Below are positions 1-14,214 of a stretch of DNA of 64,000 nucleotides, piece after piece. The DNA comes from Eledone cirrhosa (taxonomy: Eukaryota), in NCBI GenBank assembly GCA_964016885.1, contig OZ024742.1:238948001-239012000 (forward strand), written 5' to 3'. The notes beneath the pieces were generated by a model. It searched no databases. It was not told the DNA's origin and saw only the letters and a program-made list of their open reading frames with translations. The first letter of the stretch is position 1. Each line of letters starts with the position of its first letter. A program made the position numbers and the translations under genes.

Positions 1-888
1 CTGACGAGAGCGCGACTGGAGAAGATTGAGGAAAGGTAGGCCGGTAGAGCCAGGTCCGAAGTAGATCGGAGGTCGAGGCCACTGAACTTAGCTGGGCGCT
101 TCACTTGTTGCCATTCGGCGTTGTCGAAACTGACATTGCAGATGAGTTCCGCACAGCGTCGGATGGTGGCGTCGAATTCGCCGAGAAGATCTGCGTAGGG
201 GTGACAAGGTACACTGCGCAGCATAAACAGAAATTTGAGGAGGGCGAAGCAGTTCCTCAAGAGGACAAGCGCAGGGTGAGCGTCAATGGCACAAGTCTGC
301 ATGCTTCGTCTCCAGGCACTCTCTTATGGCTTTCGAGAGAATTGGAGAGCCGAGAGTGCATGTCTTTGGGCGTTAGCCGAGCCCCAACAAGACGGGATGG
401 GTGTTGAGTACGGTGTCGTGGAATTCGGCCTCTCTGTAGCTAAGGTTTGTTACCTTTGACTTGGATGGGTTGATATCGAGTCCGAGAAGCTTTAGAGTTG
501 GGATGATTTGCCGAAGTTCCTCAATTACCGTCTCATCCGAGCCACCCAGGGTCGCATCGTCCAGGTACCAAACGTTGAGGGGCGGCCAGACCGAGCAAGG
601 ACAATGTCGTCGACTGCCAGCACAAAGAGGAGCGGGCCGAGTGATCTCCTTGCTGGACACCCGTGGCGGAAGTAACCCTGTTGTCAGCAGCCATGAGTAA
701 GCTGGGTCTTCCGTACGAGAGATGAGCGAGAGGGTAAATGGCGGGAACTCGTCTGAGACACGTCTTTAGGACGTGATCCCGTCTAACGCTGTTGAAGGTG
801 TTTGTCATGCCCAGCTTCACAAGGAGGTGGGGTGACGAAGGAGGCGCGTGCTCTATGAAATGGCTGACTGTATGAGCTGCAGCCTCAC
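1..888 (-). mobile_element. Degenerate CRE-clade non-LTR retrotransposon, RT fragment
   Basis: Frameshifted minus-strand ORFs carry GCEAAAH, KLGMTNTFNSVRRD, GVQQGD and WYLDD. Homologous to 53820-54700. Confidence 0.8.
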
Positions 889-1989
889 ATCCTAAATTAT
901 GGCTCCATAAATCTAGTAGTTTCATAAAGGTATTAGTGACATTTTCCAAATTCTTTTTTAATTTTGTTTTTCTTGTGAAGTGTTTATCTTTTAATGACTT
1001 CTGTCTAAACCTGTGGTGTTGGGAAGGTAGAAAACCTTGTTTTTTTTAACGTTATTGATGCGGTCAGTGTTATTTTCTCTGTAAAGTCGTGTATTTTTCT
1101 AGATATTTTGTAAATGTGGTTGTTTGCTGCAGTTAGTGTGGGTATTTTGAAGACTCTGGAAGACATCTTTGTTGAGGTTTTAAAGACCACTTCTTGCTGA
1201 ATTATGGCTTCTGTCATTTTCTGACGACATTCGCGAGTGGCGAGAGAAATATCATATTTATATGTCGAATTTATTATTCAATCGACGTTCTAACTGTAAT
1301 AATTCTGCATTTTTCTGACATATATATTCACTATAAGTTTATCCATCTTTTAAAATCCGATACGATAACATTCGAGGAAGATTTCGCTATAATTTCTTGT
1401 AGGTCGAGCGACCACATAGAGGTTTCATCGCCAGTTCGTTTAGTGGTGGTCGTTCTATGAGGATCCCACAATGGTGGTAGAATCTTTCCTTACATAGAGG
1501 AGAGTAAATAAAACACTTCAATATAGAAAAAGGGAATTTGACTTTGATACAAACAATGTGCCTTTAGTTAATGTGGAGAGTGACAGCACTCAGTTGGTAG
1601 TGTAGACAACGTTGGCAACAATAATGACAACATAAACATAAGAAAAACAACAATATCTCTTATCAATGTCTCTGAGAACAGAGCCTTTTAAGGATCCCAG
1701 AATAGGAAGATTAATGGACGAGATACATCACAAAATACTATGCCTTTTTGCCTCAGAGATATTCGTGAATGAGAAGCAAAGGAGAACAGTTACGTACTAT
1801 GCATCTCCTTGAAAACAATGAAGCTTTTGGCATGCGTCCGAAAATAGTATTTGAAAAGGGCTTATCAAATGTGTAACACAAGGCCATTAACGTCAGATGG
1901 GGCCAGGGCTTCGTCACTGGTGGTTAAAAAAGGAGGACGAGACACAGAGGCAATCAGCGCTTGTGTGATACATGTCTACTCAAAGGTTG

Positions 1990-3070
1990 GTGATCTAGTA
2001 TATGAGGAATTGAAATGGGGGAAATACTGTCAGTAATGTGCGTGAGGACATCAACTCATAACTTATCATAACCATTTGTCAAACAGAATGAGAGTTCATG
2101 AGTGTAACCCACAAAATGATGGTTGGTGTTCGGGAAGGAACCCTAAATCCTAATCACCGCTGAGGTTCATATGACCACCATAGAGATATCAAAGATTCAA
2201 TGGAATATTGTAGGTGCTTACGGTCCTCTAGTAGTCGGATCATGCGGCCAGTGGAGGGTATGAACAACAATATACTGGGTGGAGACTTTGGATATCGATA
2301 GGGACAACCTGATTGGCCTTGCTCAGGAATAATGAACAAATTCCCCAAATATGTGAGTGCTACCGACGGAGAGGGAACATTGCCAGTTTGGAATAAACTC
2401 TACAGGCACGCCATGTCAGTAAAGCCATCCCGGTATGCCAGGAGAGCGACGTAAACCTTTTTAACGCTTTTCAGTACCTGGGCATTCCTAACATACGGAG
2501 CCATGTCGAACAGCCATTGTCACGTAATGAATGCAACCAACTGTTTGCCGAGTCCCTTGTAAAGATAGTCCCACCATCCTCATTTGGCAAGGGGTTGGGG
2601 AGAGACAATATTCTTCTGTCTGGAGGCTATGCAGAAAGGAGTTGTATAACAGGCACGTTTAAAAGTGTTGAGGTCAGCATTCTATTACCCCAACTAAGCC
2701 ATCTTCAATTTTTCCACGTATCACTTGAACTGAAAGGCAAAGGTGAAGAAAGGATGATGCTCTCAGGCAAATTTAATGTAAGATGGGTACAAATGGTTGA
2801 GCTGGAACATATAAGAAAGCCAGTTTTTTTTAAATTATTTCTGAAAGTTGCAGTATTGGACGTAAGGTGGTTGTAATATATGAATGCGCTTCCCATTCGA
2901 ATGAGGTTGCCGTTGTTTATGAGCAAATATTTTTTATGTTTTTCATATACTATGTACGCTGCTTCTACCGCTTTTATTATTTATGTATACACCAGCATGT
3001 TTTATAATACATTTTATATGAATTTTATTACGTTTGTATGACTCCTGCGGACAATAAAGAAATCATCATC
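1990..3070 (+). mobile_element. Highly degenerate Tx1/L1-like LINE 3' fragment
   Basis: 2350-2600 aligns by eye with 26060-26300 (ataaactctacaggca...atgtcgaaca...gagtcc...cccacc). Ends in AATAAAGAAATCAT followed by (TTG)/(TTA)n, like 26760. 5' boundary uncertain. Confidence 0.55.
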
Positions 3071-3083
3071 ATCGTTGTTGTTG

Positions 3084-3139
<56 letters not shown>

Positions 3140-3392
3140 TGAATAGACTTATGTTTAGTGTGTCTTTGTTTATTATTATATTAAATTAAGCAACTCATTT
3201 TCTCTGTGATATATTACATATTTGTCAAACCTATACAAATGAATGATTAATTGCAGATATTTCCTATTTGACTAAATAAGAACATGAAGGTTTGACTATA
3301 TCGCGATAATCACGTCAGCTGCTAGCAACTCACTCGTCTTAGTGGTTAAAACACCATAATTAATTTAGAGCAAGTCTATATATATTCTTATA

Positions 3393-3535
3393 AGGCGGCA
3401 AATTGGCAGAATCGTTAGAACATCGGATAGAATGCTTTGCGGAATTCGTTCTGAGTTCAAATCCCGTCGAGGTCAACTTTGTCTTTCATCGTTTCGATGT
3501 CGATAAAAAAAGTACCAGTCTAGTACTGGGATCGA
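3393..3535 (+). mobile_element. tRNA-derived SINE with Nin/Deu-type core (diverged copy)
   Basis: ggcggc..ttggcagaatcgttaga head, B-box gagttcaaatccc, core ctttcatcgtttcgatgtcgataaaa..gtaccag. Confidence 0.75.
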
Positions 3536-4478
3536 TTCTTTCTCTGTATCTCTTTCTCACCTCCATTCTCTCTATCCTTCTCTGGAAGAAATCTGCTGTA
3601 TTGAAACCTGGAGAGGAGATGGGTTCCAGTAGGTTTTAAATGCTCTAGAAACACCGTATGTTGCTACGACTCCATCGGGAGTTACGGGACCATATCATAC
3701 CATATATTCTTTGGGGTGCTCTTTATACGATAGAATTATTCACGAACATTTTTTTTTCTGCGTGGTGCAATAATATTCTCTAAATTAAGATAACTTTTCA
3801 CAGTTGAGTAATTTCAACTATGTATAATCTACAATGTATTTCTTTTGGGAATATAATAAATATATTTCACAATTACATAAGTTAAGATTGACTTCAAATG
3901 AGAAAAAAGTTATGAATAGAAACTACGATATGGGTGGAAATGCTGAATATTTACAAGTTTGGACAAGAAAGATAATAAGAAGTGTGACGGGTGTGAGAGA
4001 GGTTTTGGGAGAGGGATTGAATGTGAAACTAAACGCTTACATTTTAATTGATAATTTGAAAAGGGTCAAAAAGATCTTACACATAACACGAAAAGAATTA
4101 CAAGGATAGACATTGTCGTGACAATACTGAAAATGTAGAAAGTGCTGTTAAAAAGAATAACTTAAAATAATCAGCAGTCTTAGGTTATATCCATCTACCT
4201 ACCTTTCTTCTAAAGGGTGTGGTCAATGACGCGTGTTGTCAACAGGATTTGAATGGTAAAGAGAAATATAAATGAATAAATATATGATAAACATAATGTA
4301 GCAAGACATGTAGAAAGTGGAACAACACAATTTGAGATGTCCACTGGAAAAATAGTAAATTGAAATATTATAACAGAAACTGAAAAATAGAAAGAGAAGA
4401 AAAAAAAGGACCATGTGTGAAAATGAATTCAAGAGACAAACGCAACAATAATTGTGATAGAAAGTAATCCTTTTGTAG

Positions 4479-4573
4479 TGTTACTGTACCAAGTAAAGAC
4501 AATGACTGGTCGTTCCTGGATGGATTTTTTTGAAACTCGGGCATTTTACGACTATGAAGCTTTCACATATAAG
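4479..4573 (+). CDS. Candidate upstream exon (MTGRSWMDFFETRAFYDYEAFTYK) of the membrane-protein gene at 44549-53053
   Basis: ttttgtag acceptor and strong AAG|gtaaga donor. Ends in phase 0, matching the phase-0 start of exon 44549. The linkage is inference. Confidence 0.3.
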
Positions 4574-5166
4574 GTAAGAATGTTAACTCAATTATTTTTA
4601 TTGCTTTATTTCCACACGAACATTCTACATACCGAGAGAGATAGAGAGATAGAGGGGGTGGGGGTGAGAAGGAACATTTTTTATTGTAACACCTGCTAAA
4701 TCAAAGTCGCTTGATCTGCAAGAAATAGTAGTTAAATCTCCTTTTTGATACCAAACTAATTGAAACTAACCCTGTTTCTATGATATAAATCTGTTTAAGT
4801 CCTTCCATCATCATTTTATATAAGGATCTTTGTTGAGTACCCCACACCAGCTTAATGACAAGTCAATGGCTCATATTACTAAATCCCACCAAATTCTCGA
4901 ATAGTTTCAAAATTATTTGAGGAACATAGGCATTGTCTTTCATTAAAAATATCGTAACGAAAGGGTTAATGCCACACTAACGTCTTTAAAAAAAAGGATA
5001 GATTAAATATTCTCTGCCTTAATCTATATCTGAATAGATGAATTACCATGGCTTAGATGCCTTTGAACAAATTCAATGGAGAAATTTCATCCCAAAGGAC
5101 TGATTACTTTTTCCTTTTAACGTATCTGCATATCATAACTAACAACCATAATAATACGCAGTGTGT

Positions 5167-5583
<417 letters not shown>

Positions 5584-5641
5584 TAACAGATTAAAGTTTA
5601 TCGAGCCCTCTTTGGATTTTAGTCTTCAAATTTATTATTAT

Positions 5642-5718
<77 letters not shown>

Positions 5719-5892
5719 ACGAAGGAAGTGTGGTAAGGAACCAGGTGGACCATAACGCACCAGAGTACTCAATACTTAGGGTAGTAGAGTGGGTAATAGA
5801 AAAATATTCAATACCCCCTGACGGCAGAGCTCAAGCCGTTTCGCCGGTTATTTCTGGACTAGTCCAGAAATAGCCGTCGAAACGGCTTGAGC
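5719..5892 (-). mobile_element. Fold-back cassette family E (same family as 9316-9517, opposite orientation)
   Basis: gctcaagccgtttcg..ctggact|agtccag..cgaaacggcttgagc palindrome. Shares its tail with 9440-9517. Confidence 0.7.
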
Positions 5893-6309
5893 AACTCTTC
5901 AAATGTTACACATACAAGCGTACACAATTAAATAATGCATTTCTTATCTCAGTCATGTTGCCACAATATGACGTGAGCTACCTAATCATAAGATCCAAGG
6001 TTCTAACTCTATATTTGCTCAGGTAAATAGTTATTTCTCCAAAACCTCACCTGATATGCTGAATATTTATTATATCCAAGAACAATCAACATATTAAAAT
6101 ATCTGTCTTACCTTTAATTACTTCCACATGTCAGTAATCAACTATAGGGTTTCTCTTAGGCCAATCATTAATTTATTAAAACGCAAAATTTCTCAGTTTT
6201 TACGATTGTTCATACATCCTGTAATCCGAGTATATATGGCATATCAATTCTGGACTTCAAAAATTAAATACGATCCACAAGTATGTAAATGTATGTAAAT
6301 GTATGTATG

Positions 6310-6340
<31 letters not shown>

Positions 6341-6349
6341 TTATTTATT

Positions 6350-6567
6350 TATTAAAATAACATATTAAAGTTTAAGCAAAGAATCGCTGCTTTCACCCTT
6401 AACGAGATCTTCAGAAGATCCCGTTAAGGGTGAAAGCCACGATTCTTTGCTTAAACTTTAATCTGTTATTTTAATAAATATTTTCTCTACGGTTCTTATA
6501 TATTTTATATATATTTATCCTTATCGAGCCCTCTTTGGATTTTAGTCTTCACATTTATTATTATTAC
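6350..6567. mobile_element. Fold-back cassette family A with a degenerate HHR core (probable PLE pLTR remnant)
   Basis: Inverted arms centred near 6411. Minus strand reads ctgaaga tctc-gttaa-gggt gaaa. Fragments recur at 5580, 32915, 36408, 37510, 38803 and 59858. Confidence 0.6.
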
Positions 6568-6629
6568 TATATATATATACACATATACACACACATATGC
6601 ATATATATATATATATAAATATATATATA

Positions 6630-6918
6630 TATTAAAGCTGTTGTTCCGTACAGATGACCAATTGTCATATGTTTGTTCAACACTGGCTTTGAGGAACACT
6701 CAACTTGTTTCTGGGTTATTACCCTTCACCAGGACTGTATATCTCTCTGCCAATCTGTTGAACGGTTAAAAATATATAATATTTTCTTAAATATACATCG
6801 GCTGACTAGCTTCATTTACATACCAAGCGAGTTACGGCTGGCCTTGCCGAAAACTAAAACTAAAATTAGAATTTTATTTCTCGCCCTATACCCATGCATA
6901 TATATGTATATTTATATA

Positions 6919-6996
<78 letters not shown>

Positions 6997-7036
6997 GGTG
7001 TGTTTATATGTGTGTGTGTGTGTATATATATATATA

Positions 7037-7079
<43 letters not shown>

Positions 7080-7680
7080 GAAGTATTTACGTCAGAAAGG
7101 TACAGAAAAAGAGTGCTCTATGTAGGCTACAGAGCTTATTAGTTATGTAATAAACAACATAAGATAATTATTTCATTTACCAGTGGTTTCTTGAAGGCAG
7201 ACGTTATGTCTGTCTTCGGTCGTCAGAATGAATAAATAACATGATGTTTTTATTAAATATGGATTTGAAAACAAAATTTAGGAAATATGAAAGTGAGGCT
7301 GAAAAAACGGGCAAAAATAAATAAATAAATAAATATATGTGGGGGGGGGTATGTATGCATACTTACATTTATGTATCAACTGTCCTAGGGCGAGAAATAA
7401 AATGGTAATTTTATTTTTAATTTTCGTGGTATGCAAATGAAGCTAGTCAGCCGATGTATACTTAAGAAAATATTATATATTTTCAACCGTTCAACAGACT
7501 GGCAGAGAGGTATACAGCCCTGATGGAGAGTAATAACCCAGAAATATGTTGATTGTTCCTCGATGGCGGTGTTGAACAAACGGATGACAATTGGTCATCG
7601 GCACGAAACAGCTGCAATCGGGCCGTTTGTTTACAAACGAATCGAATGTTATTAATATTTAATATTCGATATAACCCATA
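6630..7680. mobile_element. Inverted pair of family-B HHR cassettes (6630-6900 minus, 7385-7680 plus), both with mutated cores
   Basis: The two near-identical ORF translations on opposite strands show the inversion. HHR-like motifs at 6697-6737(-) with core ctggtga and 7515-7555(+) with core ctgatgg. Confidence 0.7.
7172..7232 (-). ncRNA. Type I hammerhead ribozyme
   Basis: Reverse complement: ttcatt CTGACGA cc-gaagacagac-ataac-gtctgccttc-aa GAAA ccactgg TA aatgaa. Helices I, II and III all pair; GUA cleavage triplet. Confidence 0.85.
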
Positions 7681-7684
7681 CGTA

Positions 7685-8797
<1,113 letters not shown>

Positions 8798-8851
8798 TAT
8801 ATATATATATAAATATACACACATATATATATAAAATATATATATATATGA

Positions 8852-8911
<60 letters not shown>

Positions 8912-9014
8912 TTGTATGTGTATATATACATATATATATGTGTGTGTGTGTGCACGTATGCATACTTACATTTATGTATCAGCTGTACTAGGGTGGGAAA
9001 TAAAATTCTTATTT

Positions 9015-9046
<32 letters not shown>

Positions 9047-9052
9047 ATTACT

Positions 9053-9283
9053 AACAACAGTGACATATACAGGTTCTTAAGTTTTGTTGGGTTATACATC
9101 TCAACTCATTCAGCCTGTTATATAACATATATATATGTTATATAACAGGCTGAATGAGTTGAAGTGATTAACCCAACGAAACTTAAGTACCTGTTTATGT
9201 CACTGTTGTAACTTATTATACTTAACTTGTCCTATGGACTGAGTGCTCTTATCCTTGGATAGTTTTACCAAACTTGTCCTACA

Positions 9284-9285
<2 letters not shown>
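9053..9285 (+). ncRNA. Fold-back cassette D with an HHR (9144-9195) carrying a CUGAAUGA core variant
   Basis: aacagg CTGAATGA gttg...caac GAAA cttaag TA cctgtt. The inverted copy at ~9076-9120 has GAAA changed to AAAA. Confidence 0.75.
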
Positions 9286-9315
<30 letters not shown>

Positions 9316-9318
<3 letters not shown>

Positions 9319-9515
9319 AACCAGTAAGACCCCGACAGCTGAGCTCAAGCCGTTTCGACGGCTAATTCTGGACTAAGTAGTCCAGAATTAGCCGTCGAAA
9401 CGGCTTGAGCTCAGCTGTCGGGGTCTTACTGGTTCCTATTACCCACTCTACTACCTCAAGTATTGAGTACTTTGGTGCGTTATGGTCCACCTGGTTCCTT
9501 ACCACATTTCCTTCG

Positions 9516-9517
<2 letters not shown>
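9316..9517 (+). mobile_element. Fold-back cassette family E in (TA)n
   Basis: ~58-bp perfect arms around 9376. Retains cGAAAc but no CUGANGA half. Confidence 0.7.
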
Positions 9518-9603
<86 letters not shown>

Positions 9604-9649
9604 GAAATGACAGGAGGCTGGATTTGTGTAAATCCTTGAAAGGTTTATT

Positions 9650-9707
9650 ATACTATGATCATTTCAATGACCGGGTTCCGTATGAATCCGGTGATATCAT
9701 CAGGTAT
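9650..9707 (-). ncRNA. Type I hammerhead ribozyme (cassette F, 9604-9813, between TA tracts)
   Basis: Reverse complement: atac CTGATGA tatcaccggattc-atacg-gaacccggtcatt GAAA tgatca TA gtat. Palindromic helix III ATGATCAT. Confidence 0.8.
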
Positions 9708-10019
9708 TCGAAATATAATACGTGAATGTAATAGATAAAATCCATGGGGCTGAAAATCGAGGCCCCGAGGACGACCGCTATCCAGCGCCTTCTACCTTAG
9801 CCGGTCGCCCTCGTATATATATATATATATATATATACAATACATAAACAGAGAAAGCCTTAAGCGATACACCGACCAAATCCATCTCACTCAACAAACA
9901 TTAGGATATACCTAAGTATTATCCCAATTTAGTGTTTGGCGTGCTAACTAATCAGTATTTCGTGGATAGCTGGTTGTATTATTTTATATGAGACATTATT
10001 AAATAAATATCTCTTTCCT

Positions 10020-10145
10020 TCCAGACGGCCGTTTCGTTATAAGATTTCTACAATTTGGGATAAATAATTTCCCAAATTTATGTAGAAACTTGTATATAAT
10101 CCATAGTTTTATACACAAGAGGGCTCTTATAAACTCATCAGTGGA
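10020..10145 (-). ncRNA. Type I hammerhead ribozyme with a ~100-nt branched helix II (cassette G)
   Basis: Reverse complement: tcca CTGATGA gtttataaga-[two internal hairpins]-tcttataac GAAA cggccg TC tgga. GUC cleavage triplet. Confidence 0.8.
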
Positions 10146-10709
10146 TGCCCAAGTAATATCGATATAAGAATTATATCAACATTAATAGAATGGTGATTGT
10201 CTCCCTCAGCGCTAAGAAGAGACTGGTAGATTAGAAAATCCAGCAGTCCGCCCAAAGATAAAATACACGCTGTCCCCAAAAGGGTAAAGGGAGGTCATCT
10301 TAAAATAAAACAATATACACGCTGGTCATTTAAACCTGTTAGGTATTAACCACGTGTATAAGAACTCAATTGGATATTGAAAAAATAACCATATGTATCC
10401 ACAACCAATGCACACACACAGAGATATTAAAACATAATAAATACATGTATGGATCACCCATATACACACATAGCCATTCTATAAGGCTAAATCAGACATG
10501 GGATACAAGGAAGATCAATCAGTATTTCATATAAAAAATAATTGTTTCTATTTTAGGCACAAGGCCAGCAATTATCCAGTACATTACTGGTACTTTATTT
10601 TATCGACCCCGTAAGGATGAAAGGCAAAGTTAACCTCGGCAATAAAGAGAGTCATACCTTATATCTGGAAATCATATCAGGCCACCCATGAGTATATATT
10701 CATATATAT

Positions 10710-12633
10710 ACGATATTAAACAAATGGAAACTATATTTATAAAACCATATTTATTTCGTTATATATATTTCTGGGATATCATATTAAAAATATGGTATGC
10801 CTTCCTCAGACAAAATACAATACATAAGCTGTTTTATAAATAATTATTGACATACCTTATAATAATGCAACTTCCATTTAAAAAGTTGATTTGGTAGTGA
10901 AACTGTTATGACAGTTATATAGAAAGAAAAACGAAGATGAGAAGAAGAAGATGAAGAGATGTATGTAAATAAAAGAAGAAGATGAAGAGATGTATGTAAA
11001 GAAAAACAACAGAGCGAGATAGAGAGACAAGGAGATATGGGAGAGAGAAATACATTGAGGAAGTGAAAAAATATAGTAGGCAGCTTTTGGACAGATGATC
11101 ATCGTATATGTGAGAGGTTAAGGAGGGAAGGGATACAGTTAAACTAGCCGACACATAAATCACGTCCAGTGTATAGGAGAAAGAAAGAAAGATGATATAT
11201 TTAAAATATATTAAAAATATATTATGTCTCATCCATTTGAATTATCAATTTTTATGAATTAGGTATTATAATGTAAATATCAGTATTCATGAATGAGACA
11301 CATATCCATAATGTGTGAAAAAAATGACCACATGCATAGTTTAAAAATTCTTAGGTCTATAAGCAAAATCTGAGATAAAACTTCAAACATAAGTATATAT
11401 GCATTCTCGTGAAAAAAGAAAAAGAGAAAAGAGAAGGTTATCTCAAATTCAAGTTGATAAATATAGACACACATGTGAACCTACGTGATATGCTGCACAG
11501 ATTCTTATATTTCATGAAAAACTTCATTGCGTTACAAAAGATTCCACCCTACATACAATTACATACATATATACATATATATAGACATAAAATATATAAG
11601 ATATACATTAACATTTAAAATAACATTCCAGCCTCACTTGCATGATTATCGATCAAGCATAGAGTAGACAACAGATATCAATATTAAAAATTAAAAACGC
11701 CAAGAATATCTTCGTCACTCCACAGAGTATCTAGGGACGCAAGAGAACATAGTATGCCACGCATATCGGTCACATAAAATCAGAATCAAAAGCAAACAAA
11801 ACCAAAATTATTCACGAGAATGCATATATACTTATGTTTGAAGTTTTATCTCAGATTTTGCTTATAGACCTAAGAATGTTTAAACTATGCATGTGGTCAT
11901 TTTTTTCACACATTATGGATATGTGTCTCATTCATGAATACTGATATTTACATTATAATACCTAATTAATAAAAATTGATAATTCAAATGGATGAGACAT
12001 AATATATTTTTAATATATTTTAAATATATCATCTTTCTTTCTTTCTCCTATACACTGGACGTGATTTATGTGTCGGCTAGTTTAACTGTATCCCTTCCCT
12101 CCTTAACCTCTCACATATACGATGATCATCTGTCCAAAAGCTGCCTACTATATTTTTTCACTTCCTCAATGTATTTCTCTCTCCCATATCTCCTTGTCTC
12201 TCTATTTCGCTCTGTTGTTTTTCTTTACATACATCTCTTCATCTTCTTCTTTTATTTACATACATCTCTTCATCTTCTTCTTTTATTTACATACATCTCT
12301 TCATCTTCTTCTTCTCATCTTCGTTTTTCTTTCTATATAACTGTCATAACAGTTTCACTACCAAATCAACTTTTTAAATGGAAGTTGCATTATTATAAGG
12401 TATGTCAATAATTATTTATAAAACAGCTTATGTATTGTATTTTGTCTGAGGAAGGCATACCATATTTTTAATATGATATCCCAGAAATATATATAACGAA
12501 ATAAATATGGTTTTATAAATATAGTTTCCATTTGTTTAATATCGTAAACCTACTCCAGAAACTGTTGAGTGCTTTTATATCAGTTATAAAATATTTACTC
12601 GTTGTAACCCAACAATCTTAAATAAAACTTTTG

Positions 12634-12635
<2 letters not shown>
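10710..12635. mobile_element. Large fold-back PLE 3'UTR/pLTR remnant (family H) with two HHRs
   Basis: Arms ~10710-11412 and ~11810-12546 are near-identical inverted copies. HHRs at 10753-10816(-) and 12439-12502(+): attttgt CTGAGGA ... GAAA tatata TA acgaaat. Confidence 0.8.
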
Positions 12636-12679
<44 letters not shown>

Positions 12680-12680
<1 letters not shown>

Positions 12681-13046
12681 GAGGGTAATCCCAAAAGTAA
12701 GGTCCCCAAAGCGATGGGGACGCAACACTGTTGTGATTGGTGCTTCCTTCACTCACAAACAAGCGTGCGCGCGCTTCGCTGGGATGCTCAATCTTGGCTT
12801 GGCAGCCGTTGAGAATGGAGTTCCCGTTGAACGCTACTGCCAAGTGCGAATTTCGCGCAGTTATTATATACGAGGGCAATCCCAAAAGTAAGGTCTCCTT
12901 CCGAGGAAAACATGCGTAAAAATCGGCGGATCACTCTGGATGCTCTCTGCATTTTGGGTCCTGAGGTTTCCCGAAGCACCATCCACAGGATTTTAATGGA
13001 AAAGTTGCAATATCGGAAGGAGACCTTACTTTTAGGATTGCCCTCG
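12680..13046 (+). mobile_element. Internally deleted mariner element with three TIR copies
   Basis: TA-CGAGGGyAATCCCAAAAGTAAGGT at 12680 and 12871, inverted copy ending CCCTCG-TA at 13046. Transposase remnants [17 protein letters not shown] and NRRITLDAL...[15 protein letters not shown]. Confidence 0.8.
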
Positions 13047-13070
13047 TATATATACACACACACAAGTATG

Positions 13071-13156
<86 letters not shown>

Positions 13157-13160
<4 letters not shown>

Positions 13161-13480
13161 GGAGGTGAGTTTTATTGTAGTACAATAAAGCAATGCAGAT
13201 ATCGGATAAGAAGCACTCTACAGTTTGTGGGACTGGAGAACATGATATGAAGGCTAAAAAAAAAACACTTGTTGATAGTGCAGTTTTAAATCAACATATA
13301 TGTTGATTTAAAACTGCACTATCAACAAGTGTTTTTTTTTTTTGTTTTTTTTTTTTTTAGCCTTCATATCATGTTCTCCTGTTTTATCTGATGAAAACAC
13401 AAATATTATTATTTGATGATGTTTGTTTTTGAAATGCGCATAATAAAATATATTGAACTCCTTTAACCATCTTTTGATCT

Positions 13481-13490
<10 letters not shown>
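13157..13490 (+). mobile_element. Rearranged solo pLTR of the 29-kb Penelope family, with an HHR at 13382-13448
   Basis: Matches 28965-29270 and 32635-32880. ttttat CTGATGA aaacacaaat...atgtttgttttt GAAA tgcgca TA ataaaa. Internal hairpin centred near 13299; TA tracts on both sides. Confidence 0.85.
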
Positions 13491-13531
<41 letters not shown>

Positions 13532-13669
13532 GAATGTAATCTGAGTTTTTCGAATATTAATAATAGTAATAATATTATTATAATATTCGATTGGTTTACG
13601 ATTATGCAAACAGCCTCTTTAAAGCATTGTCAGTAGAATTACCCCCATCATTCTTGCTCTTGTGTTGGC

Positions 13670-13707
<38 letters not shown>

Positions 13708-13967
13708 TGATGTTGTCTGTGTGTCCTCATTTTTGTAAAGTCTATACAAATCCACATTTCTACTCCGATTGACTTCAAACTTACATTTATATTTCCTTGC
13801 GGACTAAAGATATTAACTGCCGCTTTTTTTTTCAATTTTCTGTTGTTAAAGGGTGTTAGGCGCTAGTTATCCATCTCCGTCGCGCTCTTATAATATCTGT
13901 CTGTATGCCTGGCTGTCTGCATAACGTCATTCTCACGTATTATCTTCGCTACATTCACACATAGACA

Positions 13968-14054
<87 letters not shown>

Positions 14055-14214
14055 ATATGTATTAATATATGTATATATATACATATATATATATACATAT
14101 ACAAACACATATACACATATATAGATATACACATATACACATATAAATATACACATAAAAATATATGTATATATATATACACACACACACACATATATAT
14201 TTATATATATATAT

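Noticed and set aside
889-1700. Possible minus-strand exons (hydrophobic stretch, Thr-rich 70-aa ORF)
   Set aside because: Stop codons in the candidate frames, no consistent splice phases and no recognisable motif.
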